Source of the DNA: Camelus ferus
Taxonomy: Eukaryota
Assembly (NCBI RefSeq): GCF_009834535.1
Contig: NC_045696.1
Span: 15,626,001-15,690,000 of the forward strand
Length of the DNA stretch: 64,000 nucleotides
Direction: 5' to 3'
Each line of letters begins with the position of its first letter. Position 1 is the stretch's first letter. The notes below the pieces were generated by a model that ran no database searches, was not told the DNA's origin, and worked only from the letters and a program-made list of their open reading frames with translations. The position numbers were made by a program, and so were the translations under genes. Positions 26,044 through 40,404 of the stretch are shown one piece after another.

Positions 26044-26448
26044 TGTAAAAGATGGCTAGTGATCTTCCAATATCCATGTTCTCTTCCCTCATTGTACATA
26101 TAGAATCCCCTGTCCCCACTGACCTTCTGTAAATGCCTTTCCCCCACACTGCTCCATCCAGAAACTATAATTCCCAGCCTTCCTTGCGTCTGGTGTGCTC
26201 ATGTGACTAGCAGGGTGTGAGGTGAAGTGATGTGTGCACCTTCTGGATCACTTCTTTAGAAAGAAAGATGCTTCCCTTCTAGGGAGGAGGTAACAATTAA
26301 GCAGCTAAGCTGGACTCAGAGATGGAATCCAGAGCCTTCTACCTTCCATGGATCTTCTGCCCAATATTAACAAAATGTGAGAGAGATACATGCATATCGT
26401 GTTTAAGCCGCTGTAGTTCTCAGGTTAGCCTGCACCTTAAATAATACA
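26044..26448 (+). mobile_element. Old MaLR LTR (MLT1H/J-like)
   Basis: TG...AATACA termini; ATTCCCAGCCTTCCTTGC...CATGTGACTAG...GAAGTGATGTGTGCACCTTCTGG...TGTTTAAGCCGCTGT. Confidence 0.7.
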
Positions 26449-29400
26449 TCAAGCTATACAGAAACGCATTTAACTGTTAATACCCTGGTGCAAACAAAAT
26501 TTATGATGATAGACCTAGAAGTTTTAGTGAAAAACTAGTGCTCTGACAACATGGTGATTTAAAGAATAGGGAGAAAGGTAACTATATTATACCTTACAAT
26601 TTGTATATTTTCAAATATATGCTAAGGTTATCATCCAATTGTATTGTTTAGTCTATCCAGATTTTTAAACAGGAATTTTTTAAAAATTTTCCTTTACCTA
26701 TTTTAATTTAATTTAATGTAATATTATAAGTAACATATATGTTGCTTATAAAGTATGCCAAGATCATGAACACTCATGAGCATTTCAGTCAAGCTAGTAA
26801 CTAGAATCTTACTAATAACTTGCATCTACTTAATGTGTTTCTGATCACCCAATACCTCTATCACCAGCCCAGACTGCTCTGGATTCCCATTTTTAGAAAA
26901 TGAATCAAAAGCATGTTAATATCACTTGTAAATCACAGCTAGATATTACCCATGATTCAGACTTTGGGGTTAGTTCTGAACCTTTGAAACATTGTGAGCC
27001 TTGTTCTGAAAAACAATCTATTAATTCCTCTGTCAAGATCTGCTGAATAGTCCATAAGGGATAGTGAAGGTGAAAGGCCACCGCTTAGAGCCTCATAAAA
27101 CAGCTACGGATGGGAAAAGAGAACCGGAAGGAAAGAGGGTGTACAGATGCTGGGAAAGAGGTCAAGTCTTTCCAGCACAGCCAAAGTAGAGGCCGCGGCT
27201 GAGTCAAACAACCAGGGCTTTGGCCAGCATTCCTATCTGTGTGCAGGTAAGAAGCTGAGTTGTGGGTGGGGGGAGGGGCTGGTGAAGACAGATTTACTAT
27301 TCTGTAATCTTTGCACCTGCTCTCATGTGATGTCATGCAGTACCTTGATGTGTATACAATGCTTAGAATAGTGTCAGGCACATGGTCAGCATTATTTAAG
27401 TGTTGCTAAAACTGCTAGACTTGGGAAGGACATAGAAACGCAACTCCAACATACAAGTTATTCCTTTAGATAAGGGCCATGAACCTGCAAAGTCATCCCT
27501 TTATTTATTTACACTAACTTATTAGGATTGAAGCCACTAGAATGTCTTTACATTCCAGTAATTTACATTCTGGTGACTCAGTTTATCACCATGTCTGACA
27601 CAAAGTGGATGCTCAACATTATTTACTACCTAAGAAACTAAAAATTTCCAAGAAATTTTCCCATTAAAAATACCCAGGTTGCTCTCTGGCTCTGGACTAA
27701 TGAATATACCCCTAGGCAGGAAGACAGCAGATTCCTAAATACATTCTTGCAACTTAGAAGCTGTTGAATTTGACTGATGGTTCCAAAACCCAACTGCTAA
27801 ATGGAATTATCTGAAGGAAATTTATAAATACAAATTCCTGGGTCAGACATGGTAGAATCTCAATCAGTAGATCTATACTTCTGTCTCATTGTTTTGAGTC
27901 TTTATTGCTGTTTCAGCATTTATAAAATAGTCTATGTTGTGCCGCTTCTCTTGCATCCAAAAAAATCATTCCAGAATACACCCTCCACTCAATACAGGTC
28001 AGTTTTTGCCATTTCCTGCACACTCCATAAGTTTCTTCTTCCTTGACCCAAACTTCCTTCCAAATAATTCAGCCAACGTGTACGGTAGGTACTTGGCACA
28101 TAATAATGAAGGGATATATTTTCTACTATCATGAGTTCACAGTCTAAAATAACATTGCCTTTTTTCTCTATGAACTTAACCATTTTTATCTTTCAGCACT
28201 TTGTAGAATTCTCTCTACTCCTGCAAGATGCCTTCTCCAACTGCACCAGCTGACACTCAGCCCTTTACATGACTGTACCACAAGTGGAATGTGTCCTGTG
28301 GATTTGAATTCTTGATTGGTTTACAAAACTGTTTAGGATGAGGACTCTGCTTTAACCTTTTATTCTGAATAACTTCGGCAACATCAACTACTTTTTGGTT
28401 TAAAACCGATAACTGTTATTTGAGAAGCAGGGATTATGTATAAAAACTCAATGACTTCTCCAGTCTCCCTTTCTAAGAGTTTCTGGAACACTCTTGCTGT
28501 CAAACTTTCTTGATGTAGCTGATTGAGATTACCCCCAATTTGTGGTTCTAAAGCTTTGATTTCAGAGTGATAGCTGTCATGTAAATACAGATTAAAATGA
28601 GCATAAATATGCAGGTGTCAATCTATAAAAACATCTGTACTGTGAAGCAAACCACTTATAAAACATCAACAGAGAAAACATTCTGAAGGAGGAGGCAGGA
28701 GTGTTTGATAAAAATACTACTATTCCCTTAATTCCTGAGTTTCTTAAGAGCTTCCCACTGTAGTGGAAATCTCATTCTCTTTTGCTAAGAATGAGTAGGC
28801 AAAAGTTACACATCTCTATGAGGCTGTACTTTTCAAAAAGAGCGTAGGAGAAAGTATTGTTCCACAAGGTTAGAATATTAACATAAAGCAATTTCAAGTC
28901 CTTGGTTATATTATTATGAGTCTCTACTTGAAACAGTCCCAGAAAAGTGGCCCATAAACCAGATCCTGAATGGTTCAAATATTTTCAAATAGAAATAGAA
29001 GAGATGACCTGAATGCAAAAATCAAACAACCATCTACCATAGCAATTTTGTATGATACTTGTATCATCTTGTTAATAACTCCTGAAAATGAACACAGTGC
29101 AAGCTCTGGTGAGGAAGCTCTTTTCTAAATTAAAATCTCTCTCTCTATTGTAGAAGTTCGAGGCATGTGAATCCCATTACTTTCCAGTAGAAGCACAATG
29201 CTAAGTTTAGATAGAGTCAAATTGCTTGCTTCATCAGTTGAAGGTAGATGATTAGAAATAAGATGAAGGTAAATTTGCACTTAGGACTGAATGAACTTGA
29301 TAATCATCTAACGAATGCATTAGAGTAAAGAAGAGCTTCATTTCCATCTGTCCTTAGCTAATCAAGTTGACTAAACACCTTAAAGGCTTACAGACAAAAT

Positions 29401-30635
29401 AGAACATACACTCAAAATGAATTTTTAAAAAATTATCTCATTTTCTTCCTGAGCTCTCTTGCTCTTACGATGAGAACCGAAAACAAATTCAGGCAAAAAG
29501 CTAAACAAATAATACAATTTAAAGTAATGAAAGCTAAAATTATTTCATTTTCTGCCATTTATTGTGAAGTTACAAAAATCCACACTAGAAGCATTTTAAT
29601 GTTTCTAATGAAAATAAGACCAATACTCTGGAGGAAATTTCTGAAAATGAGATAACGTTATAGATGTTAGAAACAATTTCGGAAATCAAAGACTTTTTGA
29701 CTGACCAATACAGGTATCCAAAGCATTCAAAGATTTAACACCAAGAGTTAAAATTAAAAGGCTACCCCATGTCCTATAAGAGTGAAACAGCAAAAATATG
29801 GATGCAAAAAAAAAAAAATCATGGCCTTGGAATAACATGTCATGCTAGAAAAACAATGAATATGATTTTAACAGAACTAATGTACAAAGTGTATTCAGGA
29901 GCCAAGAGTAAGCTATTTTTATGGAACCTACTCTATATGGAGGAGTAATCCTTTCAAATTTGATATTAAGTCATTTGTTTCCTGGCACCATGTCAATGGA
30001 AAAAACTGCTTATGTAACTATTAAAAAATTTAATGCTAACTATAAATGTTGCAACGTATAAGGTAAAAGCATGGGTCTAAATACTATGACAGTCAATGTT
30101 CTCTCTAGTACACATGCAAAATACAAATTAAGAAGTTCTGGTGTCTGCTGATGTTCATATATGGCTGGACCAAAAGTAATTTAAAGTATTTAAACACTCT
30201 TCTTGTCTACTTAATAGAATTCCAGAATTGGGGGTTACAAAATGACATCTTCCTCAAAAGCACCCAGATAAATCGCATATTGGTGGTCCAAGACCATACT
30301 TAAAAAAAAAAAAAGTGCTTTAAAGAAACATCACCTCATGGTAGCTGATATTAATCTTTTCAAAAATTGTTTTTCGTGTAAGTATGATGACATTCATCTC
30401 TCAAGTATCTATGGTAATTGAGGAAAAGACATGACATAGCTTATCTAAAAGAAGAGATAACGTAAGTGTTGATAACTGACTCTTCAACACGTTATCCACT
30501 CTCCTAATTTTGCCTAATGAAATTTTAAAGTGAAGTAATGTTTCTAGCCACATTCTAGGTAGGTTGTGAGAAAACATGGCCCAGAGATATGCTAAATCAT
30601 CAAGAAGAGTTCAAATGGTGGTTCTCCATTATAAG

Positions 30636-30837
30636 TTTTTTTTTTAATTGGAGTATAGTTGATTTACAATGTTGTGTTAGTTTCAGGTGTACAGCAAAGT
30701 GATTTGGTTATACGTACACACATATATAGTCCTTTTCATATTCTTTTTCATTACAGGTTATTACAAGATATTGAATATAGTTCCCTGTGCTATACAGAAG
30801 GACCTTGCCATTTAGGGATTTTATATTTAATAATTTG
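30636..30837 (-). mobile_element. Short L1 3' UTR insertion
   Basis: Poly(T) head followed by reverse L1 3' UTR. Perfect 12-bp TSD CTCCATTATAAG at 30624-30635 and 30838-30849. Confidence 0.92.
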
Positions 30838-31829
30838 CTCCATTATAAGCTTCCAAATGTGGTAGATTCCTGTAATATCATAAATATGGGAGTTGGGATT
30901 TTAGCCTCATCATGCCAATGTTGGATGATGTCATATTGAGTGGAAATTTCCAAATGATGGAAAGATTCAAAATGATGGTGGAGGGAAAAATAAATGATCT
31001 TATAAACCTCAGTCAGCTATGATGCTCGATAAATTCTCCAAACACAAGAATGCAACAAAAGGCACAAAAGTATAGGTTAGCCATGGATGACTAAAATTCT
31101 TGTGCACATGACAATGCCTCAAAAGAACCATTACTGGTCACATTCCCACATTTCTATAACAACCATCAAAAGCGTGAATTTTCAAAAATGGCTCCAAGAC
31201 CAGAAGCTTTTGTTTGGAGTGAAAATGATTTACCCTTTCATTTTCAGACAAGCGTTTTCTTCCACTTGAAGAGCCTAAATAGACACTGCTAATGTACTTT
31301 CAAAGAAGTCAGAATTTTAAAGAAGTAGTGCATGAAGCTTAAGACCAGTTCATTAAATGTACATCAGTGATGTTGGTTTTTAATCTGAGCTTTCTCCTCC
31401 CCTCATTGGGCACACACCACTTTTCATTAACATTCAGGGAGTTGCAGATGCGTTAAGGAAAAGGAAGTTCTTCAGAGTAATGAGGCCAGAAGTATGTAAC
31501 ACCATCACTTCTCCCTCTTGCTTTGTACTGACTGTCAGTACCACTCTACTACTCCCAGAAAAGGCTTCCCAGCCTTATTTCTAAACACAGATATATCAAC
31601 CCATTCTTTGCCATTTCATAACCATCACCACTGTAGTTTTACAGAAATGTGTATTTTCATACGGAGAGGAACGATTTAAGTGATTTTCTTTAATATCTGC
31701 TAACTTCCATGACTGCATGTTTATTCAGTTCTGCCTCTGAGTTTGCTAGGGACTATTAAAGAGCTAACAGAAGAAGGTCCCTGCTGGGTTTGAGCTTACA
31801 GTTTAAAGAAACAAAGCAAATGATAAAAT

Positions 31830-32075
31830 AAGTGTAATAGCTTGCATTTGTATAGCGTTTATGATGAACAAATTGCTTTCTAATGCCTGACTTCAGTCAA
31901 CACTCCAAACTGCCTTAAAGAGGAGCAATATGACATGATTACCCCAATATTAAGTATAGACTACCGAAATTTATAGACGTTTTTTAAGTTAGGGTCACAG
32001 AGTCAGGGGAGTTACAGCCTGGGCTATGTTCATCTTTGCTGACTCCAACACTAATGTTCTAATGCTCTTTCCACG
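31830..32075 (-). mobile_element. Degenerate MIR
   Basis: TAATAGCTTGCATTTGTATAGCGTTTA...ATTACCCCAAT...AGGGTCACAGAG...GACTCCAA...TGCTCTTTCCAC. Confidence 0.55.
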
Positions 32076-34858
32076 CACCAAGCTAATGTGACTTTGGTAC
32101 ATTATCCCATAGGTAGAAAAACTGGACTGCTGTCCCTTTGAGAGGAACAATAAAAGCCTTTCTTACACTATTTGCATAGTTTTCCTGCAGTTGATGAAGT
32201 CAAGTGGAGCCTTAGTTGGGAAAGAAACAGAGAAAACCAGAAAAACCTATGTTGAACATGACCTAGAGAAAGCCGAGGTAAAAATGAGAATGGGAAAAAG
32301 AAGGGAGAACAAAGGAAAACCAGATTCCTTTGAAAGAACATGAAAGAACATAGGAAAGGCCAAAATCTGGAGGTGATTCCACATGAAATAAAGTCACATG
32401 AAATGGTTTAGAGAGAATGATGTTGACCATTTCTAAATTTTAAGGCAGGGCATTTTGAAGCGATGACTGAGACGTTAAAGTAAAAACAAAAACTATGGCT
32501 CATAGTAAAATCTTACCAAACCCTCTCTTTATATCTGAACTGAATCCAAAATGATTAGAGATAGAAATTGAGAAACACAGTTTGGCTACTGGGAAGAAAA
32601 AATGGTGACTAATGGATAAACAAGCTACCAAGGGAGGAAGTGAATCAGTAAAGAATCAAAGATCTTACCTTTTAAAGTCTGAGCACTAGGATAAACCATG
32701 CAATTTACCCCACAAGTTAGGAAAATGGTAGAAATAAAGCAAGACATTTAGTGTTTCCTGAAGTCCTATGGGTTTGAGATTGCAGAAGATAAAAGCACAC
32801 AGTAGGTGACTGAGTCACATTAATCAAAGTAAGACACAGCCAAGGAGAATCCATTCCAGCTTCTACGCTAATGAACTTCCTCCTTTTTCCCCCTCACTAA
32901 TCGAGATGAATCAGGATACTATCAATTGCCTTATGTTAACGATGCATTCCATTTAGCTGATGGCTGGATAAATATTTACCGAAATATCTTCAAGTGCTTA
33001 AAACAGAAACAATGTCTAAGTTCCGATGGGAATAATAGCTCATTTTTCAAAACCAGATGAGATGTTTGTCTTATCTTTCTTCAGGCTTCACTCAAGCTCA
33101 TGCTATAGGAGAAGAAATATTGAGATGAGTTGCATATTTTGTTAATTACGCTGGTCTTCGGGTCAGGAGAAACCAATCAAGCACATGTGCTGATTAAACT
33201 CCTAAGCCCGGTGATGCTCAAGTAGCTGACTTTTTAGATTAGTGAAGCAGAGCCCTAGCTCAGTCTTCTTTCTTTTTATTGAACTTAATTGGATCTGTGA
33301 TTTTATATTATGCAAAGAAAAGTGTTTTAAAACAGCTTATTTTGGACATAATTTGGCTAAACCTTTCTGTTTCACATTTTGTGCTATTAAGACAATCTTT
33401 AAACAACATTTCTAATTATTTCTGATTCTTGCTAAGCACAAAAGATGCTAATTATTGGAGTTACATAGATTGTAGTTTCATTTTGTGTCATACCAACCTT
33501 CTAGGTTCTAAAGACTTCTCTGCATAGCACATTCAACAGAGAAAGTTTAGAAACATGTGGCAAGTTGGTTAATACAAATCAACGAGGCCAAATTTGAATG
33601 GTTTCTTTTTAAATTTTACATTATCTTAACATAATATATGCTGACAATTTTAAAGAAAACGTTTCACAGGCCTAAAGTTTTCCTTGCATATAAACCAGGT
33701 ATCTATATAAGTAACACCCTTTTTTGTTTAATTCTGGGATCAGAAAAGAGGATGACTTTTTAAAAACAACATTTATTACCAAGGTTTCTTCCTATTAATG
33801 GTATGTTCTAGGGATTTTAAAAGGATGCCTTTCCTACTATTTTGATTCTACTTGCTACGAGAGGAGAAAACACCATTCTGACCTTTATCATGATATGGTT
33901 CATGTTCACAGTTATTAAATCTATTTTCCTACTGAATCATGTGTTTCTCTGCTCCGTCTGCAATGCAAAGTGAAGTTTTCCCACTGCCTCATTAATTTAA
34001 ATTATCGTCAAATATGCTTATGAGAACTAAGTAAAGAAACAGAATTTTCATCCTGACATGAGCTTTACTGGGCTTTTTTCCCCCAAGGCAGCATGTGCCC
34101 AACTATGTCTTCAATCTTTTAAAATATTAAGTTATTGCAATTTAGGGAGGAATGATTCCTCTGCATTTTCATACTCTCTTGGTGGTGGTTTTTAAACTGC
34201 TTTTATTTATGCCCCTTTTAATATGCAGAAATAATAAAGTTGTCAGTGTCCTCTTTTAAGCTGAGGGAGAAAAAACTATTTCTTAGAGATGTAAGTAGAA
34301 AGAGGCTTGAGTATCTGGATAGCTGTACCCTCACCCAGGTAATCCTCTAATGAAATGCTGTTCAGTGCTTGAGTACGTAGCATAGTTCTTACCTTAACCA
34401 CCCTGTGACTTTGGGGAATAACCTTCCATCCTCCTCCGATTGCCCAACTGTGACAGTGGGAATATTCCTATGATATTTGCTGGCAATCAGGAATACTGAA
34501 ACAGCAAACAATGAAATCGACAGCAATGTAGGACAGCCAAGCTTCCTGGGCATTTGGGTCTTACAAACTGAAGCCCAGAACAGATGTGCAGTAGCGGTTA
34601 GGTCAGTAATTACTGAGGGTGTTTTCTAGACGGAGTCTGCTGCTAGACGCTTAAAAGCCCCTCCCTTGAGAACATCAGATTGAAGAAAGGTCTAAAGTGG
34701 AGGTCTGTGACCTAGTGAGGATGATGAGGGACCCGGAGTCCATTGGTTTAGGTCCTAAATATAATTCACAAAAAGATGTGTCTTTCTACTCTCACAACCA
34801 GAAGTGGGACTACAGCCCTCACTTCAGTGGTCAGTGATAATTCCACAGCCCTGCAGCT

Positions 34859-34861
<3 letters not shown>

Positions 34862-34891
<30 letters not shown>
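34862..34891. repeat. Poly(T) tract, 30 nt
   Basis: Read directly. Confidence 0.97.
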
Positions 34892-34894
<3 letters not shown>

Positions 34895-35287
34895 GGTTTT
34901 CCAATCTACTAAATTCAAAAATTGATAGGAGATTTAGGAGTAGTATCCACATAGGTAAGGTTTCTATTTTCCTGGTTTCTTTAGTGGTTTTCCGCACAAC
35001 CTCCAGGGAGCTGAGGATTCTTTTCTTGATATTTCATGTTGGGAATGAAGCCATCCAATCAGAGGTAGTGGGGCTGCTGGGAACTGTTGTGAGATATCTA
35101 CTGAGGTCCAACGAATATGGTTAAGTAGCATAATTTTATAAAACTGGCCATTTTATTTCAAGAAGAAAAAGCAAAGCAGGATGGAAAATGTCTTGACATT
35201 TTATAATGTTTTTAATCTGGGTTTGTTGCTGGTGACCATATAAATACTATTTATCCTTAACAATTCACATATTTTTTTTAATGTAGC

Positions 35288-35392
35288 AAAAAAAAAAAAA
35301 AAGAAAGAAAGAAAAAGAAAAAGAAGAAAAAGAAAAAAAGGAAAAAGGAAAAAAAGAAAAAAAGAAAAAAAAACAAACAAACAAAAAAATAA
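35288..35392. repeat. A-rich, mostly polypurine tract (A)nG/(AAAC)n
   Basis: About 105 nt that is almost entirely A, interrupted by G and then C. Confidence 0.97.
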
Positions 35393-37873
35393 CACAGCCC
35401 TGCAGAGAATGAGATAGGAATAAAAACCAAAGAAGCAAAATCTTAAAATGTAAAGGAGCTTTCATATGCTGTTTTCAGTCAATGGAGCAAATGCCCTGAT
35501 GCATCTTAATGGATTTTAATAGTTAACAGTTTTACAATATTCTTTTTTAACTTCCCGGATGCTAGTTAAGGGTGAAATGGGAACCAAGCATGAGTTCTTC
35601 TGTGAATTAGTTTATTAGTCTTTCCACTGCACCATATATCTTTATAGTTCTACTATTTAATAATGACTGAATTCTAAATTATCTATTATCTATCTATTCA
35701 CCTATCTGTGATCTATATGTCTCATTAATTTATACACTGGCTTGCTTCAGAAAGGGTTTAAGTTGGCTTACAAAAATGGACACAACTCAATGAGATTTTA
35801 AACATTTAATATATGAAGTAAAAGGAACATCAATTTGGGAAAAATAAGCTAACACCATGATGGAAAGTAATGGACAAAATGCATGCTGCGATACTTTTCC
35901 ACTAGCTAAAGATAAGCCGTTCATTAGGATCTATGATTCCTGCTTTGCAAAGAAAGACACCCGGATCACATGATCACATCAGTGTGAATCAGATAGCTGG
36001 AGTATTGGTTACCATGGATCACAGTTACCATAAATAAGAATGAGCTAGCTGTTTAAGAGAACATCAATACTTTCTGACAAATTTGATAAACTGTTCTCTT
36101 GAAGAAAATGGCACCTCTCCAAAAAAATAAATTGCAAGTAAAATCATCTCAGTGCCATTGCTCTTTTCTGACCATATGTTCTGTCAGAACCTAAAAAGAA
36201 ATGAAGTAGAACACGTTTTTTCATCACAGCTTTGTGAAATTATAAGCAGATCTTTTGTAATATTCTAACTCAAAACACAAATATAATTAAACTCCTGCCT
36301 TACTATAATTATACCAGTATATTTAAGAATAGTTTTAGGTAAAGTCACAGTAGGTAGTAAAATTGCTGCCACACCATATCCTTTTCTTACTGAAGTTTGA
36401 AATTCTGTCATTTTAAGGTGTGAGGTCTGAGGTATTTGGAATGTTCTAAAGGTAGCAGGGACATCAGAAGTCAGGAAGATCGGTGATTAAGTCTACAGTC
36501 ACAGATAGCAATCATCTAAAGATCATACATTTTAGAACTAAGCCCAATTTATTTGCTTAAACTGTACATAGTTTCTTTAACTATTCTTTGAATACAGTTT
36601 ATTGTGCCTCCCAAAATGAGAGATTTATAGAAAGAAAACTATAGCTCCAATTAGATCTGTACCATTTCTAGGTCAAGCCCACTAATGTTACATATATGGA
36701 GAGAAGACTGCCTCATTATTTATTGTAAAAACATCACAGGTCGGTGAAAGCAAAATGCCTTTATGTTGGATCACTCAGAAGCTCAACATTATTATTCCAC
36801 CAAGAGATTGATTCAAATCAGCCATATTGTCATTGTGCTATGTTTTAGCTGTGGCTTTCCTTAGGATCCAGATTCACGTTTGGGTTTTTCTTAATGTTTA
36901 TTTTGTCTCATATTTCATTTCAATAGTCCTTTTGGTTAGGTAAACAACTTTTCTGTCAAACACATTCTCCCCAGAACACATGAGATAGACTATCCCATTC
37001 AAAAGGCACTCATGTAGGAATCATAAGTCATAGACCAAGAAGTCAAATTCCATTTTTAAATCAACTTGGTGGAAAATTTTTCATTTCCCATGAGAGATCA
37101 AGGTAAATGGTTTCCATGTGGCCTCAGTCATCAATCGTCCTCCTAAGATTTCAATTTCCTTAAAATTACCAGTTCATTCTGATGATAGAACTTGTTTCTA
37201 CACAAATCAGTAGACATGGGAGTTTTGAGCTGGTTCGGTCTCAGGAGTTTCATTACTACATATCAGATACTTACAGTGAGGAGACAGGCCATCTATGAAA
37301 TATTCTCCACCACTCTCCACTTCTCCACCATTCCTCAGAAAACCATCAGCAACCAGAGCCCTCACTTTATTGAGAGATCAGAATCATCCTTCCTCCACCT
37401 ATCAAATCGCCTTCTTTGTTCCATGCAGCACTGGGGACTACTGCTAAGCAGCTCTGGAATGACCCTCCTTGAAAGTAAATTTTACCTATTGCCTTATTTT
37501 AAATAGTTTAGAAAGTAAAATAATTCTTTTAAGAATTTAAAATATTTTTCTATTTACTGACTTCTTTGTGATGGTCCTGATACTGCTTTCCTTCTTCAAA
37601 AATGTCCTCTTTTTGACATCCCTCTTGGAATATTTTTTCTTCCCATCTAGCAACTTATTATTTTTACTAATGAGATAGAAAGAAGAGAGGTGATCCTTAC
37701 ACCTTTTCATCTTGTGCTAAAAGAGATTGCCCAATCTGTATTCATAGCACCAGTAAATGGGAAATATTTTGGTCAAGGTGTGAAACAACACAACAGATAT
37801 CTGCATGTTACTAAAATGATATGTTTCCATACCAACTATTGGAATTCAAACTATAATCCTCTTTGCCTACTCT

Positions 37874-37875
<2 letters not shown>

Positions 37876-37931
<56 letters not shown>
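37876..37931. repeat. (CA)n microsatellite
   Basis: Read directly. Confidence 0.97.
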
Positions 37932-38279
37932 CCCTTATCTCCCATCTTTAAATCTAGAATATTTATTACACATCTATATGGAAAACCACCTATTTTTAAC
38001 ACTTATTCTACTCTGGATGCATAAACCAGGAAGCATTGCCAGAAATGGTAACATGAAGTTAGCCTGTCATCCCAATCTCTTTCAAAGACGTTGCTAATTA
38101 GGAAAAATATGAACAATGTCAGTATGGCTCCTTTTTGCAATCATTATACCCAAAAAGCCATGAACGAAGTATCTCAAATCACACAGTCACAGGTATACAT
38201 CTTCTTTATAATAATACAAGTCTACTCGTTTGAAAGTATGGGCTTTATAGATACATATCTCAACTGTAGGTTTGGGTGC

Positions 38280-38727
38280 TGTATCATCCATCTAGGATTC
38301 TGTTAAGAATAGATGCCACACTGAAACTGAGCAATCTGAAGAGGGAGTCTAATAAAGGGGTGATGTACAAAGGGATGGTGTTTAATCTGAAGCTAGCAAC
38401 TGAGAGAGCTGCCATCCCTGGGTCAGAAGGGGAAGAGTAGAAAACAGTGACTCAGACCTGGGACTCGAAGAGGGCATTGGCACGGAGAAGGATCGCTGAG
38501 AGAAAGTTTGACCTCCAGTAGAGGGGAGGCAGCCAACACTCAGGAAGGGAGCCTAAGGAATATATAGCCTAGCCTCACTCTACTGTCCATGCTTCTCATT
38601 GGCTGAACCCAACCTGAACCCAGAGGATGGGGAACCTCTGGTCTAAACTCAGCATCCTGGGCATAGAGTGGGTTGGAAAGAGGTGGAAAGTGGAACTAGA
38701 GGGAATAAATGGAAAGGATTCAGCACA
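38280..38727 (-). mobile_element. Old MaLR LTR (MLT1K/N-like)
   Basis: TGTATC...CAGCACA termini; CTCATTGGCTGAACCCAACC...AGAGTGGGTTGGAAAGAGGTGGAAAGTGGA. Confidence 0.65.
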
Positions 38728-40404
38728 GTTGCTACTCTTCAAAATGGTGACCATCTGAGGCAACATGGCAGGCACAAGGCACATCCTGCAGTCCGAAGCA
38801 GAGAATCTGAGCTGTAAATGGTAGTCCAGAAGTACGATGCTACAAGGAGTCTCTTCGGGATCCAACTTGCACAAGCTATCATCACACTTCATCAGTTTCT
38901 GAAGTCGTCTGTCTTCGCATCTCCCATCCAGCCTTTTATAGTCACGTGCATAGTAAATTCTCAGTAAACACTTGCGGAGTCACTGAGTAACTTTCCTCCC
39001 CTGCCACCACTGCTAGACTTTTATCTCATGTGGGTTTCTGTCAGCAGTGTTTCAAAATTCCAAGAACAGTCATGTATCCACATGCAATGGTATGCCAGAC
39101 TTGGACAAATAATATAGAATGCTGTATTTTAACAGTTATGGACAAGGTGGTGTGATTGCTGCTATATCCAAGAGAAGTAAGGTTACCAGCAAATCGCCTC
39201 TGTCAAATGAATTCACTTAGAAAATCCTCGTGGAATAGTTTGTAGCTTTACGGTGACGCTGTCTCACAGAGTTAAAATGATACAGATTGAAATGCTCAGT
39301 AGCAATTCGGAAACTTTTCCTCTTCTCAATTTCTCTAAGAAGAAAAAAATAAAAAGTATTGCCTGTGAGTTTCAGGGGAATACTGACACAAGAACACCTT
39401 TTTCTGCCACATAAAGATGAACTGCCATTTGAAAATTGTGGCCTCAAATCTGAAGCACCCATGTGGTATTCTGAAAGCCAGGTAAGTCCTGTTCTGACGG
39501 AAATGTGCATGCTTCACTCTTCTGCAGAATATATTACATCCGAGAAAAGGGTTCATTTTTCTCTAAAATTTCAGCATCTCTGGTGACCTATGCAAAAAAA
39601 AATCTCCATCGGGTAGTGCAATTAAGGGCTACACATAAGCACGCAGCTGTATTACTTTTTAGGCACAGAAGCAAACTTTTTATGTTCTGGTAGCTAATTA
39701 AGATAAAGATTTGCTTGGCAGGCAATTTTGCTTCCTTGACATCTTTTATATTGAAGTCACTCTGACTTACAGAGCATCCTGCGTTTTAGTCACTGACCCA
39801 TAAAGTACAGATGAGAGCTGGTAAAAGGATAACAACATACATTCCGAATAACTTGCTGGGAAAAGCCTCAAACTTGAAAGACATTTTAATAATAATTCAC
39901 CAACCAATTCCATTAGTCTTAAAGACTAGAGAAGCACAAAGAGAAAATTTGAATTACACGGCCCCTCCTGCTATGATTTCAAGACATTTCGAGCTAAATT
40001 TAAACCTTTTGGATGTGATAGCATGCTGGGTTTTTTGAGCCAGCAAAATACAAGACATTAATAATAAAACCCAATTAATCATAAACTATATTTCTGTACT
40101 TCACACTTTGCTCCTGGTAAGTGTCATTCATATCTCAACACTATATTTTAAAAGCTCTCTTCATGTGAAGAAATACACCAAGCAAAGGTAATTTAAACTG
40201 GTTTTATGATACCATAATGAAATCTATTTTTTTAAATGATGTATTTTTTTTAATTGGCATCAACTTCAGCCTTTTTTAATATCTTCATGGTATGCATTTT
40301 CTCTTCACCCATACTCCATACACAATGCTAGCAGGCTCTGTGAGGGAATTTATTTGTTTCTGACCACTTCCTTAAATTATAGATTTATTTGGGGTTTTTT
40401 TGCA

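Noticed and set aside
35201..35465. Phe-rich ORFs
   Set aside because: Translations of the A-rich simple repeat.
37690..38097. 135-aa ORF with a His-Thr repeat
   Set aside because: The ORF is bridged by a (CA)n microsatellite; no homology recognised.
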